A stretch of 64,000 bases of DNA from Cyclobacteriaceae bacterium (GCA_043774805.1 JAYVTB010000151.1:7-64006); one strand, 5' to 3'; numbered from the stretch's first letter, positions 48,547 to 58,932 are shown. Notes: generated from the letters alone by a model not told the origin. Numbers and translations are program-made.

Positions 48547-49122
48547 CTATCGAGTAATCCATTCCTCAATGACGCGTGGATAATGCAAATGCTCCAGTCG
48601 TTGAACCTTATCGGCAATGTCCGTTGGTGAATCAGCGCTATCTATTTCGCACACTGCCTGAAATAACATTTTTCCTTCGTCATATTTTTCGTCCACTTCA
48701 TGGATCGTGATTCCCGTTTGCTGATCGGATGAAGCCCTTACTGCTTCATGTACTTTCAGGCCATACATGCCCTTGCCGCCAAACTTAGGTAAGAGAGCCG
48801 GGTGGATATTAATAATGCGATTGGGAAATGCTCTAATCAGATAGGACGGCACGAGCCAAAGAAATCCAGCCAATACGATGTGGGTAATCCCCGCTTCAGT
48901 CAGCCAATACAATACCTCTTCACTTTCGCGGAATTGCTCACGAGTAAAAAAGTTTGATGAGATGGAATACTTTTTAGCTCGTTCCAAGCCATAGGCATCA
49001 GGATTATTACTGAGAACTAATTCTACCTTTATCGTAGGATGATTTTGGAAGTATGAAAAAATAGCTTCGGCATTAGAGCCGCTTCCTGAAATAAAAATTG
49101 CCAATCGTGCCTGCTTCATCAA
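48547..49122 (-). CDS. purN: Phosphoribosylglycinamide formyltransferase
   Basis: AIFISGSGSNA, VLAGFL, INIHPALLPKFGG, TGITIH.V...YDEG. Confidence 0.95.
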   Translation of the reverse strand: MMKQARLAIFISGSGSNAEAIFSYFQNHPTIKVELVLSNNPDAYGLERAKKYSISSNFFTREQFRESEEVLYWLTEAGITHIVLAGFLWLVPSYLIRAFPNRIINIHPALLPKFGGKGMYGLKVHEAVRASSDQQTGITIHEVDEKYDEGKMLFQAVCEIDSADSPTDIADKVQRLEHLHYPRVIEEWITR

Positions 49123-49131
49123 CTTATAACA

Positions 49132-49989
49132 TCAATTCACAAAAGCCATACTGATAATACCTAACACCATGATCGCCTTGCACCATTGACTAAGCATATA
49201 AAAGTCACGTTTTGTATCGGCCCGCACAAGGACGAATAAAAATATACTTAATGGAGCAAACAAGAATACCAGGAAATAGTAAAAAGGCATTTGCGTATAC
49301 ATTGCATTGATCAAAATTACCAGCGATGAAAAAAGAGTCAATAAAACATAAACAACCACTTTTGTTTTGCGGATACCCCAGACGATAGGAAGCGTTTTAC
49401 ACCCAAATGTATTGTCACCCTTTAAGTCCTCCATATCCTTGATAATTTCACGAACCAAGGTCATGAAAAAAGCAAAGAGTGAATAGATAATTACGAAAGT
49501 ATTATTGAAATCATACAACACATTGACCAGCAAGATTGACAAACCCGTGAGCATGGCCACCATGAAATTTCCTATGAAGGGTTGTCGTTTGAGGCTATTG
49601 GAATACCACCACAGAATAAAGGAAGAGAATAGATGAATAAATCCCAGGCGCCAACCTAACAAAAATCCAAGAGCCACCCCGGAAAACGAAAGAACACTAT
49701 GAAACAATAAAGCGTACCTACGGGCAATATCCTTACCGATAACCACCCGGTCTGGTTTGTTGATTAAATCAATTTTGATATCATAATAGTCATTAATAAT
49801 ATATCCTGCTCCGGCTATGATGGCGGTAGAAGAAGCCAGCACCATCAGTCTCCAATCAAACAGCAACTCAACATCAATCAGGAATAGAGCAGCAAAATAC
49901 TGAGCCAAGCCGATTATAAACAGATTCCAAAAGCGGGTTAAGCGCAGGAAGGCCTTCAACGTAAAATTTGGATTATTCTTCCTGGGCAT
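49132..49989 (-). CDS. UbiA-family prenyltransferase (DGGGP-synthase-like); start ATG 49989
   Basis: GYIINDYYDIKIDLINKP.R and REIIKDMEDLKGD Asp-rich motifs; a TACCTTTG promoter lies just upstream (49995-50002). Confidence 0.85.
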   Translation of the reverse strand: MPRKNNPNFTLKAFLRLTRFWNLFIIGLAQYFAALFLIDVELLFDWRLMVLASSTAIIAGAGYIINDYYDIKIDLINKPDRVVIGKDIARRYALLFHSVLSFSGVALGFLLGWRLGFIHLFSSFILWWYSNSLKRQPFIGNFMVAMLTGLSILLVNVLYDFNNTFVIIYSLFAFFMTLVREIIKDMEDLKGDNTFGCKTLPIVWGIRKTKVVVYVLLTLFSSLVILINAMYTQMPFYYFLVFLFAPLSIFLFVLVRADTKRDFYMLSQWCKAIMVLGIISMAFVN

Positions 49990-50087
49990 AGCCGCAAAGG
50001 TAATGGATTCTCGATACTCGATTCCTGATACCATGCTTTGGGATTAAATAATCTTCTCAATCAAGTATCCATATCGAACGCCCGAAA

Positions 50088-52538
50088 TCAAAATCGCAAG
50101 GCCAGCATCACCATATAATTTCTGCCTGCCTGTGGATAGTAATAATTCTGCCGGTATGCCGCTGACCCTCCCAGGTATCCATAGGTGTAGCCATTGGACG
50201 AATACATTTTATTCAACACGTTATTGGCTAATAGGCTTATAGAAATTTCCCTCATGAATGAAGGCCGCCAGATATACGACAATCTCACATCATTGATAAA
50301 GTACGCATCAATCTTTCTGGATTCATTAGTGGTATTATCCAGGAATTGTTTACCCACATATTTAGTAAGGAGGCCTAATTCAATTCCTTTTATTGGTGAA
50401 TACATCATCCCGGAACCTATGATCACATTCGGAGAAAATGAGATATCTGTATTATGGTGTACGTTAACTACCTCATTGTATTCATCAAAGTTTGCCCCGT
50501 AGTCGTAAAGTACTTCTTCAAAATTCTTTATTTTATTTCTACTTAGTGTCAGGTTCGCATTCCATAATAATGTGCGGCTTACTCTCAGTGAACCCTCCAA
50601 TTCAATTCCCGTACGGTAACTTTCATCTACATTGGCGCGTATCAATGCGCCCACATCATTCAGCTTACCGGTAGGCACCAATTGATTTTTGTAATCCATC
50701 AGATAATAGTTGGCGGTTAGCGTAACATTTTGTTTTCTCAAACGCCATCCTGCTTCAATATTATGCAAGGTTTCGTGCTTCGGCACCGTGCCCGCCAGGG
50801 CATTAATAAAATCTTCCCGCACCGGCTCACGATTGCCCACGCTGTAGGAAGCATACCATTGTTGGTCATGGGGCACCTCATAGGTGAGGCCGACTTTTGG
50901 GTTGAAGAAATTGAATTGCTGATCGATGGTGAAATTGTATTGTTTGTCCTCAATGCCAGAGGCCTTATAATCTACCCTTCTGTATTGCAAATCCAGAAAG
51001 CCATTAAGCTTCTTTGTAAGCTGGTAGTTATTTTTCCAATAAATAGTAAAGTCGTTTTTCTTACCATTATTAAAATAGTATTGATAATCTTTAGGAACAG
51101 CAGAAACCTGTGCCCAGGTAATCTCACCAAAGTGATCACCATCGTATTGATTCCATGCTCCACCCAAAATGGAATTGAGCTTTTCCTTTTCATAGCTGAT
51201 GGAGTACGTGAAACCATAAAAATTATTGTCAAGCCACCTTCTTCGAACCAGGTCGCTGGAGGAAATTGTTTCATTTCCGATGGTGACATCGGCAAGGCCA
51301 TAGTCAGCAAAATTGTCATCATATCGAAATTCTTCGTAGAAGCCGCGACCGTAAGTGTAATGCAAAGCTCCATTCGCTGTCAGCGCTTCTGAAAAACGAT
51401 GCGATACATGAAGTTGATAATGATCCTGTGCATAATTATCCACCTGATTTTTATAGGTATAAATGTTAAATGTGCGTCCGGAAGAAAGCAAATTATCAGT
51501 TTGCTCCTGATTCCAGCCTTCAATCGATGCGGTCTCCAACATAGCGGCCTGGTCATTCTTTAATCTTGATTCCGGCACGCCATACCAACTTTGGTAGGTG
51601 ATTTCCTTCCCTCCAAAAACGATTGCCTTGATCATCGTTTTCTTACCATAATATCCGCCCGACAAGTAGTATGATTTCAAGTCAGAACTCGCGCGATCGA
51701 TATACCCATCCGAAGCGATCTGAGATATTCGTCCGTCAAACACAAACTTCTCATTGATAAGGCCCGTACCGAAAGCAACGGTATGTCTGTGCGTGTTAAA
51801 TGAACCAGCGGAATTAATCACATCCGCATAGGCCAGATCATTTCGCGTATTGGTTTGGAGATTTACACTTGCTCCGAAAGCTCCGGCCCCATTCGTGGAT
51901 GTGCCAACACCACGTTGCACCTGAACACTTTGGGTTGAAGTAGCAAGGTCAGGCGTATTTACCCAAAACACACCTTGGCTTTCGCTATCATTTACTGGAA
52001 TACCATTGATCGTGACGTTGATGCGGGTGGCATCGCTTCCGCGGATACGCAAGCCGGTGTAACCTACTCCGGCTCCGGCATCGGAGGTAGTCACTAATGA
52101 TGGAGTCCAATTTAAAGTGAGCGGCAAGTCCTGACCAAAATTTTGCTTTTGAAGAGTTAACTTGTTGATGGTGCTGTAAGTAGTCGGTGTTTTTTCATTT
52201 ACCCTGGTGGCCGACACAATCACCTGATCGGTCATTATCACATCCTCCTCCATCAAAATAATTAATGGTTCTTCCGTGGGCACCGACACTTTAAGTTCCT
52301 TCAACTTATAACCCAAAAACCGAACCTCTGCCTGATAAGCACCAGCAGGTAGCTTTTGCAGTTCGAAATCGCCTCGCTCATTGGTGACCGCATACCGATT
52401 GATTTCTTTCAACGCAATAGTAGCTCCGACTAACTGGGCGTTTGACTTACTGTCTTTCACATAGCCGCGAACAGTATGTTGCGCTTCTGAAATGAGTGAA
52501 CAGACCATGATGGCTGTTGCAATACAAATTTTTAACAT
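50088..52538 (-). CDS. TonB-dependent receptor, probably for thiamine
   Basis: Signal peptide, CarboxypepD-like domain, plug (LRIRG...INVTINGIP, VQRGVGTSTNGAGAFG), C-terminal ...LALRF; preceded by a TPP riboswitch. Confidence 0.92.
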   Translation of the reverse strand: MLKICIATAIMVCSLISEAQHTVRGYVKDSKSNAQLVGATIALKEINRYAVTNERGDFELQKLPAGAYQAEVRFLGYKLKELKVSVPTEEPLIILMEEDVIMTDQVIVSATRVNEKTPTTYSTINKLTLQKQNFGQDLPLTLNWTPSLVTTSDAGAGVGYTGLRIRGSDATRINVTINGIPVNDSESQGVFWVNTPDLATSTQSVQVQRGVGTSTNGAGAFGASVNLQTNTRNDLAYADVINSAGSFNTHRHTVAFGTGLINEKFVFDGRISQIASDGYIDRASSDLKSYYLSGGYYGKKTMIKAIVFGGKEITYQSWYGVPESRLKNDQAAMLETASIEGWNQEQTDNLLSSGRTFNIYTYKNQVDNYAQDHYQLHVSHRFSEALTANGALHYTYGRGFYEEFRYDDNFADYGLADVTIGNETISSSDLVRRRWLDNNFYGFTYSISYEKEKLNSILGGAWNQYDGDHFGEITWAQVSAVPKDYQYYFNNGKKNDFTIYWKNNYQLTKKLNGFLDLQYRRVDYKASGIEDKQYNFTIDQQFNFFNPKVGLTYEVPHDQQWYASYSVGNREPVREDFINALAGTVPKHETLHNIEAGWRLRKQNVTLTANYYLMDYKNQLVPTGKLNDVGALIRANVDESYRTGIELEGSLRVSRTLLWNANLTLSRNKIKNFEEVLYDYGANFDEYNEVVNVHHNTDISFSPNVIIGSGMMYSPIKGIELGLLTKYVGKQFLDNTTNESRKIDAYFINDVRLSYIWRPSFMREISISLLANNVLNKMYSSNGYTYGYLGGSAAYRQNYYYPQAGRNYMVMLALRF

Positions 52539-52599
52539 GTTTGTTTTCGTTTAAACCCGCAGGCACATCGGGGAATGTACCTTACTTACGTGTTTACTC

Positions 52600-52678
52600 T
52601 GCCTCCCTTCGTCCGCATTACCGGCATCAGGTTCTATGGGTATAATCTCAGCCCTTGTTTTTAGGCACCCCCCTTGCC
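52600..52678 (-). ncRNA. TPP (THI-box) riboswitch
   Basis: Minus strand reads GGGGTGCC-TAAAAACAA-GGGCTGAGA-TTATACCC-ATAGAACCTGAT-GCCGGTAATGCGGACG-AAGGGA, matching the TPP consensus landmarks. Confidence 0.88.
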
Positions 52679-52697
52679 ACGATTACTCGCAGCGATG

Positions 52698-52705
52698 CAA
52701 ATGTA
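52698..52705 (-). promoter_or_regulatory. -7 promoter element for the riboswitch-TBDR transcript
   Basis: TACATTTG on the minus strand, about 20 nt upstream of the aptamer. Confidence 0.65.
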
Positions 52706-52805
52706 CGCTCATTATTTTCTCATTTCCAAGGAATGACAGGTTGGATACAGGAAAGAATAAAGCTTTAAGTACCGGATTCCATCATCAAATTTTTATTTTT
52801 ACGAT

Positions 52806-53300
52806 ATGTATAAAGCGTCCGTTAACAAGAGAACATTCGAGATTGATCAGCATGATCAAACTATTATGGTAAATGGTGAAGCGTTTCTGTGGGACCTTAA
52901 TAAGGTGAGTGATGGCTATTTTCACATACTCTATGAAAATAAGGGTTATCGCGCTGAACTTGTTAAGACAGACATCGCTTCCAAAACCATTATCCTGAAA
53001 ATCAACGGAAGAAATTATTCAGTTGAATTAAAAGACAAGTTTGACTTGCTTCTTGAGAAGATGGGGATGAATCACTCGGCTGTGCACAAGGTGAACTCCA
53101 TCAAAGCTCCGATGCCCGGTCTAATTATTGACTTAAAAATAAAGGCGGGCGACACCGTAAAACAAGGTGAACCACTTCTTGTTCTGGAGGCCATGAAGAT
53201 GGAGAACATTTTAAAATCTCCAGGTGAAGGAGTGATTAAGAATGTGAAAGTGAAGAAAGGAGATAATGTGGAGAAGGGGCAAGTTTTGATTGAGTTTTGA
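52806..53300 (+). CDS. Biotin carboxyl carrier protein subunit
   Basis: IKAPMPG.I, VLEAMKMEN biotinylation motif. Confidence 0.92.
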   Translation: MYKASVNKRTFEIDQHDQTIMVNGEAFLWDLNKVSDGYFHILYENKGYRAELVKTDIASKTIILKINGRNYSVELKDKFDLLLEKMGMNHSAVHKVNSIKAPMPGLIIDLKIKAGDTVKQGEPLLVLEAMKMENILKSPGEGVIKNVKVKKGDNVEKGQVLIEF

Positions 53301-53357
53301 GCACGAGTTCGCATCTGGAGCCAGGTCAAAGAAGAAGCCTCAAACAACAAAAGACAA

Positions 53358-53403
53358 AGCCACAGATTCTCTAATTAAATACAATCAGTGAATCTGTGGC
53401 TAT
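53358..53403. repeat. REP-like hairpin, family 2
   Basis: Perfect 12-bp stem AGCCACAGATTC / GAATCTGTGGCT followed by AT, located between convergent genes. Confidence 0.75.
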
Positions 53404-53421
53404 GTATTTTTAGACTCTCTT

Positions 53422-54504
53422 TTATTTCACCACTACCCGATTGGTAGAAGTAAAATCAGCAGAAATATATTTAGCGTAATAGATTCCTGATGCTAGTTTC
53501 ACGGGCATTACCAATTCAGACTTTTCACCTGAAACTTCATAACGTGCAATTTCTGACCCCAGTGTTGAGTAGATCGCAACAAAGGCTCGCGTTTGTGGAA
53601 CAAAGTTAGTCTCGGTAGTAAAGGTGATTCCATCGAAAGGGTTAGGTGACACTGAAAACGCTTTGCTTCCATCAAAGTCAACCATTACCACATTGAAATA
53701 TTCTGTGTATCCATCAAAATCCACTGACTTAAGGCGATAGTAGTTTTTACCTATATAGGGCTTTTCATCTACCATAGCATAGTCATTGCGTTCGTTGGTG
53801 GTGCCATGACCTGTTATCCTGGAAATATTTTGAAATATTTTGCCATCAGCCGATTTTTCGATATCGAAATAATCGAAATTTAATTCTGAGGAGGTGGCCC
53901 ATGAAAGGGATATTTTATTGAGAGATTTCGATCCTTTGAAAAAGAGAAGTTCAATTGGCAGACCTGATTCAGTTAAAACGATTGGGCCCGTGAATCCACC
54001 AGAAGGCTCACAATATGGTATGGGGCCAGCAGGATATGTATTGCAGCCCGAAGTTCCACCCCTGGCTATTTCAACACCGCAAATGCTTAATCGATCTGGT
54101 GTGGAACCTAGTATGTCAACGGTACCTCCTGAATTTATAGTAAGTGTGTATCCGCAACCGCCAGAACTACCAATATTTATCTTACTATCAATTTTTAGGA
54201 TTCCTCCGGACTTTACCAACATAGAACTATTTATCGTAACCTGACCGGGAGCACTAATTAAAAGTGTACCAAAAATATCAATTCTGGTGCCTGTCCATGT
54301 ATCTCCATTGTCGTCGAAATCTAAAGTAACACCTGCCGGAATAACCAAAATTGTAGCTGTTGCCGTAGTAACACCTCCTTCTACACATGTGGGAGTCGTC
54401 AGCGGGTTCCATGCTATTGTACCGGATCCAGATATTGTACAAGTCTGTGAAAAGGCCGAAAAGCCTATCCCTGTCACAATAAGGAATGTTATTAACCTCT
54501 TCAT
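53422..54504 (-). CDS. Secreted T9SS cargo protein of unknown function
   Basis: Signal peptide, Gly/Cys-rich N-domain, LPIELLFF...W.T.SE.NFDYF.IEKS.DG...YYRLK.VD.DG Ig-like module and a degenerate CTD (VSPNP...GIY...NRVVVK). Confidence 0.82.
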   Translation of the reverse strand: MKRLITFLIVTGIGFSAFSQTCTISGSGTIAWNPLTTPTCVEGGVTTATATILVIPAGVTLDFDDNGDTWTGTRIDIFGTLLISAPGQVTINSSMLVKSGGILKIDSKINIGSSGGCGYTLTINSGGTVDILGSTPDRLSICGVEIARGGTSGCNTYPAGPIPYCEPSGGFTGPIVLTESGLPIELLFFKGSKSLNKISLSWATSSELNFDYFDIEKSADGKIFQNISRITGHGTTNERNDYAMVDEKPYIGKNYYRLKSVDFDGYTEYFNVVMVDFDGSKAFSVSPNPFDGITFTTETNFVPQTRAFVAIYSTLGSEIARYEVSGEKSELVMPVKLASGIYYAKYISADFTSTNRVVVK

Positions 54505-54656
54505 TAAAACTATTTAGCTAATATTTAATACTGAATCAGAAACAAAAGTAATTAATTATTGGGGTAACAAAAGCCTAATTTATTATAAAAATAATCAATA
54601 CATAACCTTTTTCAGTGTTAATTAGCGATCATCATTAACCAAACTTCTGAAAAAGG

Positions 54657-56114
54657 TTGAATAAACTGTCCCGTCTCGCAGGTGAAACAGCTCTTTATGG
54701 CTTAGGCAGTATTTTGCCCAGGGTCCTCAATTTCTTACTCGTTCCCCTTCACACCATCAATATGTTTGATCAGGCCGAGTATGGCCAGATCACGAAGCTT
54801 TACGCCTTTGTAGGTGTAATCAACATTGTTTACATGTTCGGCATGGAGACGGCTTATTTTCGGTTCTCGACCAAACCTGATGCCGACCAACAAAAGATTT
54901 TTAACCTTAGCCAGACTACCGTTGTCTTTGTCAGTTTACTGTTATCGGTTGTTTTCATATCTTTTTCAACACCCATTGCACGTGGCTTCAATGTTACTGC
55001 ACATCCTGAGTTTATCATTTGGCTTACCCTCACCATGTTTGTTGATGCATTGGTCGCCATTCCCTTTGCCCGCCTTCGCCTGGAGAAAAAGGCGCTCTTG
55101 TTTGTCCTGGCCAAAATCTTTAATGTAGGTGTACTGATTGGTTTGAATTTCTACTTTTTGAAATTCAATTTTGATCCGGCCATTGGCATTGGTTATGTTT
55201 TCCTGGCCAATCTTATCTCCAACTCGTTCTTTATCCTCTTCTTTATTAAAACCATTTTTACCTGGCGACCCACATGGGATAAAACCATTTCACCTCAGCT
55301 GCTGCACTATGCCTACCCGGTTATGATTACCGGTGTGGCTGGCATGATCAATGAAATGTTTTCAAGAAGTATGCTGGACTGGTGGCTGCCTGAAAACTTT
55401 TATCCCAACACCACGCGGGAAGAGGCGGGAGGAATTTTTGGTGCCTGTTACAAATTTGCGGTGTTCATGAACCTGGGCATTCAGGCATTCCGGTATGCTG
55501 CCGAACCGTTTTTCTTCTCCAACGCATCAGACAAAAACTCGCCTGCGCTTTTTGCCAAAGTCAATCATTATTTTGTGATTGTCTGTTGTGTGGTGTTATT
55601 GGGCATCAGTATCAATCTGGATTTTATAAAACAATTCTTTGTCGGTAAGGAGTATTGGGTAGGGTTGCGAATTGTTCCGGTTTTATTACTTGCTTACCTT
55701 TTTCTTGGCATCTACTACAACATGAGCGTTTGGTTCAAACTTACCAACAAGACGCACTATGGAACAATCATTACAACAATCGGTGCTTTTATTACCATTG
55801 TTGGTAACTTCCTTTTGATTCCCGTTGCCGGATATATGGGTAGTAGTATTGCTGCATTACTCTGTTACTTTGCGATGACCGTAATTTGCTACGTAATCGG
55901 CCAACGATACTTTCCTATTCCTTATACTATTGCAAAAGATATGGGATACATTTTAGTGACCTATTGCATCGCCATCGCCATCGCAAGAATTAGTTTTGGA
56001 AACCTATGGATCAATTTAGGTTTTGATTTCATGGTTATTTTTGTTTTCTGTGCACTGATTTTTCTAATCGAAAGAAAAGGACTTTCAAAATCACTCGCTT
56101 CAGGAATTTATTAG
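54657..56114 (+). CDS. Polysaccharide flippase-like protein (Wzx/MOP family)
   Basis: LAGETALYGL, YMFGMETAYFRF, QAFRYAAEPFFF; about 12-14 hydrophobic segments. Confidence 0.85.
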   Translation: MNKLSRLAGETALYGLGSILPRVLNFLLVPLHTINMFDQAEYGQITKLYAFVGVINIVYMFGMETAYFRFSTKPDADQQKIFNLSQTTVVFVSLLLSVVFISFSTPIARGFNVTAHPEFIIWLTLTMFVDALVAIPFARLRLEKKALLFVLAKIFNVGVLIGLNFYFLKFNFDPAIGIGYVFLANLISNSFFILFFIKTIFTWRPTWDKTISPQLLHYAYPVMITGVAGMINEMFSRSMLDWWLPENFYPNTTREEAGGIFGACYKFAVFMNLGIQAFRYAAEPFFFSNASDKNSPALFAKVNHYFVIVCCVVLLGISINLDFIKQFFVGKEYWVGLRIVPVLLLAYLFLGIYYNMSVWFKLTNKTHYGTIITTIGAFITIVGNFLLIPVAGYMGSSIAALLCYFAMTVICYVIGQRYFPIPYTIAKDMGYILVTYCIAIAIARISFGNLWINLGFDFMVIFVFCALIFLIERKGLSKSLASGIY

Positions 56115-56140
56115 CTTTACTTCAATAAAATTCTACTTGC

Positions 56141-57142
56141 ATGAACATTATCATTCCAATGGCGGGTTTAGGCAAACGTCTGCGACCACACACATTGACA
56201 ACTGCCAAACCATTATTACCGATTGCAGGTAAACCCATTGTTCATCGATTGGTGGAAGATATTGCCCGTGTATGTCCTGAAAAAATTAATCAAATCGGAT
56301 TTATTGTTCACCCCTCTTTCGGCAAACAGGTAGAAGATGATCTGAAGGCCGTAGCCAAGGCAGTAGGTGCCGAAGGAAGGATTTATTACCAGGATCAGGC
56401 GCTTGGAATTTCTCATGCACTTCTTTTTGCTAAAGAATTATTTACCGGAAAAGTAATTGTAGCCTTTGCAGACACGTTGTTTAAAGCCGATTTCCAACTT
56501 GACACAAGCCGCGATGGCACCATCTGGGTTCAAAAAGTTGCCAATCCCTCTCAGTTTGGAGTAGTGAAACTCAATGAGAGGGGGGAAATCACTGAGTTAA
56601 TAGAAAAACCGTCTACGTTTGTTTCTGACCTTGCCATCATCGGAATTTATTTCTTTAAGAATGGAGCAACCTTGAAGGATGAAATGCAGCACCTAATCGA
56701 TCATAACATCCGGGAGAAAGGCGAGTTTCAGTTTACCACAGCCCTGGAAAACATGAAAAAGAAAGGTGCCATCTTTGTTCCTGGTGAAGTGGAAGAATGG
56801 CTCGACTGTGGCAACAAGAACAATATGGTTCAAACCAACCAGCGCTACCTGGAGATCATCAAAGAACAAAAGCTGGTTTCAGAAAAAGCAAAAATCACCA
56901 ATAGTATCCTTATTCCGCCTGTATTTATCGGAGATAATGTATCGATTGAAAACTCAATCGTTGGGCCGTACGTGTCCATCAGTGAAGGGACCTCTATCAT
57001 TGATTCAAGAATAACCAACTCTATTATTCAAAAACACAGCCAGGTCAGGAAAGGAATTTTAGACAACAGCCTGTTAGGAAATTTCGTTAATTTTGAGGGA
57101 AAGTCCGCAGAAGTGGACCTCGGAGATTACAGTACGATTTGA
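56141..57142 (+). CDS. Sugar-phosphate nucleotidyltransferase
   Basis: IIPMAGLGKRLRPHT...KPLLPIAGKP, FGVV, WLDCG, and C-terminal hexapeptide-like repeats. Confidence 0.9.
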   Translation: MNIIIPMAGLGKRLRPHTLTTAKPLLPIAGKPIVHRLVEDIARVCPEKINQIGFIVHPSFGKQVEDDLKAVAKAVGAEGRIYYQDQALGISHALLFAKELFTGKVIVAFADTLFKADFQLDTSRDGTIWVQKVANPSQFGVVKLNERGEITELIEKPSTFVSDLAIIGIYFFKNGATLKDEMQHLIDHNIREKGEFQFTTALENMKKKGAIFVPGEVEEWLDCGNKNNMVQTNQRYLEIIKEQKLVSEKAKITNSILIPPVFIGDNVSIENSIVGPYVSISEGTSIIDSRITNSIIQKHSQVRKGILDNSLLGNFVNFEGKSAEVDLGDYSTI

Positions 57143-57152
57143 TCCCTAGCCG

Positions 57153-58910
57153 TTGACAAAAAGAATTTCAATCCTGTTTTTTATCGCACTTTTTGTGCTG
57201 TCGACAAATAACTTGTTCGCGCAGAAAAAAAAGGCACCTGCTCCTGAGCTGCATTCCGCAGAGGCGCGTCTTCGCGAAGCGGAGTTTTTCTTTACCGAAG
57301 CCCAGAAGTATTTTATTCTTGAAGACTACGCGAAAGCGCTGGTTTACTTTCAGCGTGTAGCGGAATTGAATCCAACCAACGGCACCGTTCATTATAAAAT
57401 TGCAGAAATACTGGCGAAAGGAACGAAGGAAGAAGATTTGATTAAGGCTTCACAAAGTATTGAGACTGCCCTCAAATACGAAAAGGGTAACAAATACTTT
57501 TACTTGCTGGCCTCAAACATCTATGCGACCCGCAACGAGTTTGGCAAGGCTACCAACGCACTTGAAGTCATGCTCAAGGAAGTGAAAGGCACAGAAGAAT
57601 ATTTATATGAACTGGCTGCGCTATACATCTTTGACAAAAAAGAAGATGAGGCACTAAAAGTATATGACCGGGCGGAAATCATCATGGGAATTGATGAAGT
57701 GTCATCCTTACAAAAGCAACGCATTTACCTGGAAAAAGGAAACATAGAAAAGGCAATTGCCGAAGGCGAAAAACTTCTTCAGGCTTTTCCGGATGAAGAA
57801 CGCTATCTTCTTGGTTTTGCAGAAACACTCTCCCGATACGGTCAAACCCAAAAAGCAATCGGGTATGTAGAAAATTTCATTAAAGATCATCCGGATGCGG
57901 GCAGCGCGAAAATGATGCTGGCCGGATTTTATCGGGACAGCGGACAAGAACAGAAATCCAGGGATTATGTGCTTCAGGTGATTGATGATCCATCCGTTGA
58001 AGTGAACAGTAAAGTACTGATGATGGGTGTTTATGCCAACACCCTTTCTTCTAATAAAAGTAAAAATGTTTCCGATAAAGAGCTTGAATCATTCTCTCTT
58101 GATCTCTTTAAGAAATTAGAAACAAGCTACCCTGCCGACCCGAATGTGCATCTGGTTGGTGGCGACCTGTATATGACGCTAGATAACGACAAGGAAGCAC
58201 TTGAGCAATACTTAAAAGCGGTAAGGGGTGGCTCTGGCAGTTTTGATGCGTGGCAAAACCTCTTGTTCCTCGAAAGTAAGGCGAATCAGCTGGACAGCCT
58301 GATCAAACACTCTGAAGAAGCGTTGGAGCTATTCCCCAACCAGGCCATGGCCTACTATTTCAACGGATATGGATTTCTGCGCAAAAAGAAGTTCCCCGAG
58401 GGATCGCATGCACTCGAGCAGGCGAAAAGGCTTTCAGTAAACAACCCTGCATTCATCAGCGAACTCAATTCGATGTTGGGCGATGCTTACCAGGGATCAA
58501 TGGAGTACACCAAATCAAATGCTGCTTACGAGGAGGCCCTAACGTACAATCCTAATAATGATATTGTGCTTAACAATTACAGCTACTACCTTGCCTTGCG
58601 AGAAGAAAATCTCGACAAAGCAGATAAGATGTCGGCCCTACTCATCAAACTGTATCCTGAAAATGAGTCTTACCTGGATACACGTGCATGGGTTTTGTTT
58701 GCGCAGGAAAAGTATAAGGATGCACGTAAAGCGATAGAGAAGGCAATTGAGATGGGGCATGTTTCGGCCACTCATTTAGAACACTACGGAGATATTCTTT
58801 TTCAGTTAGGTGAGGTTGATCTGGCAGTTACGCAATGGCAAAAGGCCAAGCAAACGGGTGGAGATAATATCGCATTAGATAAAAAAATCAATAACCGAAA
58901 ATTGAACTAA
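57153..58910 (+). CDS. Secreted tetratricopeptide repeat protein
   Basis: Signal peptide, multiple TPR-like helices, LNNYSYYLA, YLDTRAWV, HYGDIL. Confidence 0.88.
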   Translation: MTKRISILFFIALFVLSTNNLFAQKKKAPAPELHSAEARLREAEFFFTEAQKYFILEDYAKALVYFQRVAELNPTNGTVHYKIAEILAKGTKEEDLIKASQSIETALKYEKGNKYFYLLASNIYATRNEFGKATNALEVMLKEVKGTEEYLYELAALYIFDKKEDEALKVYDRAEIIMGIDEVSSLQKQRIYLEKGNIEKAIAEGEKLLQAFPDEERYLLGFAETLSRYGQTQKAIGYVENFIKDHPDAGSAKMMLAGFYRDSGQEQKSRDYVLQVIDDPSVEVNSKVLMMGVYANTLSSNKSKNVSDKELESFSLDLFKKLETSYPADPNVHLVGGDLYMTLDNDKEALEQYLKAVRGGSGSFDAWQNLLFLESKANQLDSLIKHSEEALELFPNQAMAYYFNGYGFLRKKKFPEGSHALEQAKRLSVNNPAFISELNSMLGDAYQGSMEYTKSNAAYEEALTYNPNNDIVLNNYSYYLALREENLDKADKMSALLIKLYPENESYLDTRAWVLFAQEKYKDARKAIEKAIEMGHVSATHLEHYGDILFQLGEVDLAVTQWQKAKQTGGDNIALDKKINNRKLN

Positions 58911-58932
58911 CCCAAACGGCCTAACCCTGCCC

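Noticed and set aside
50730-51392. 220-aa ORF antisense to the TonB receptor
   Set aside because: Shadow ORF; no recognisable domain or independent start signals.
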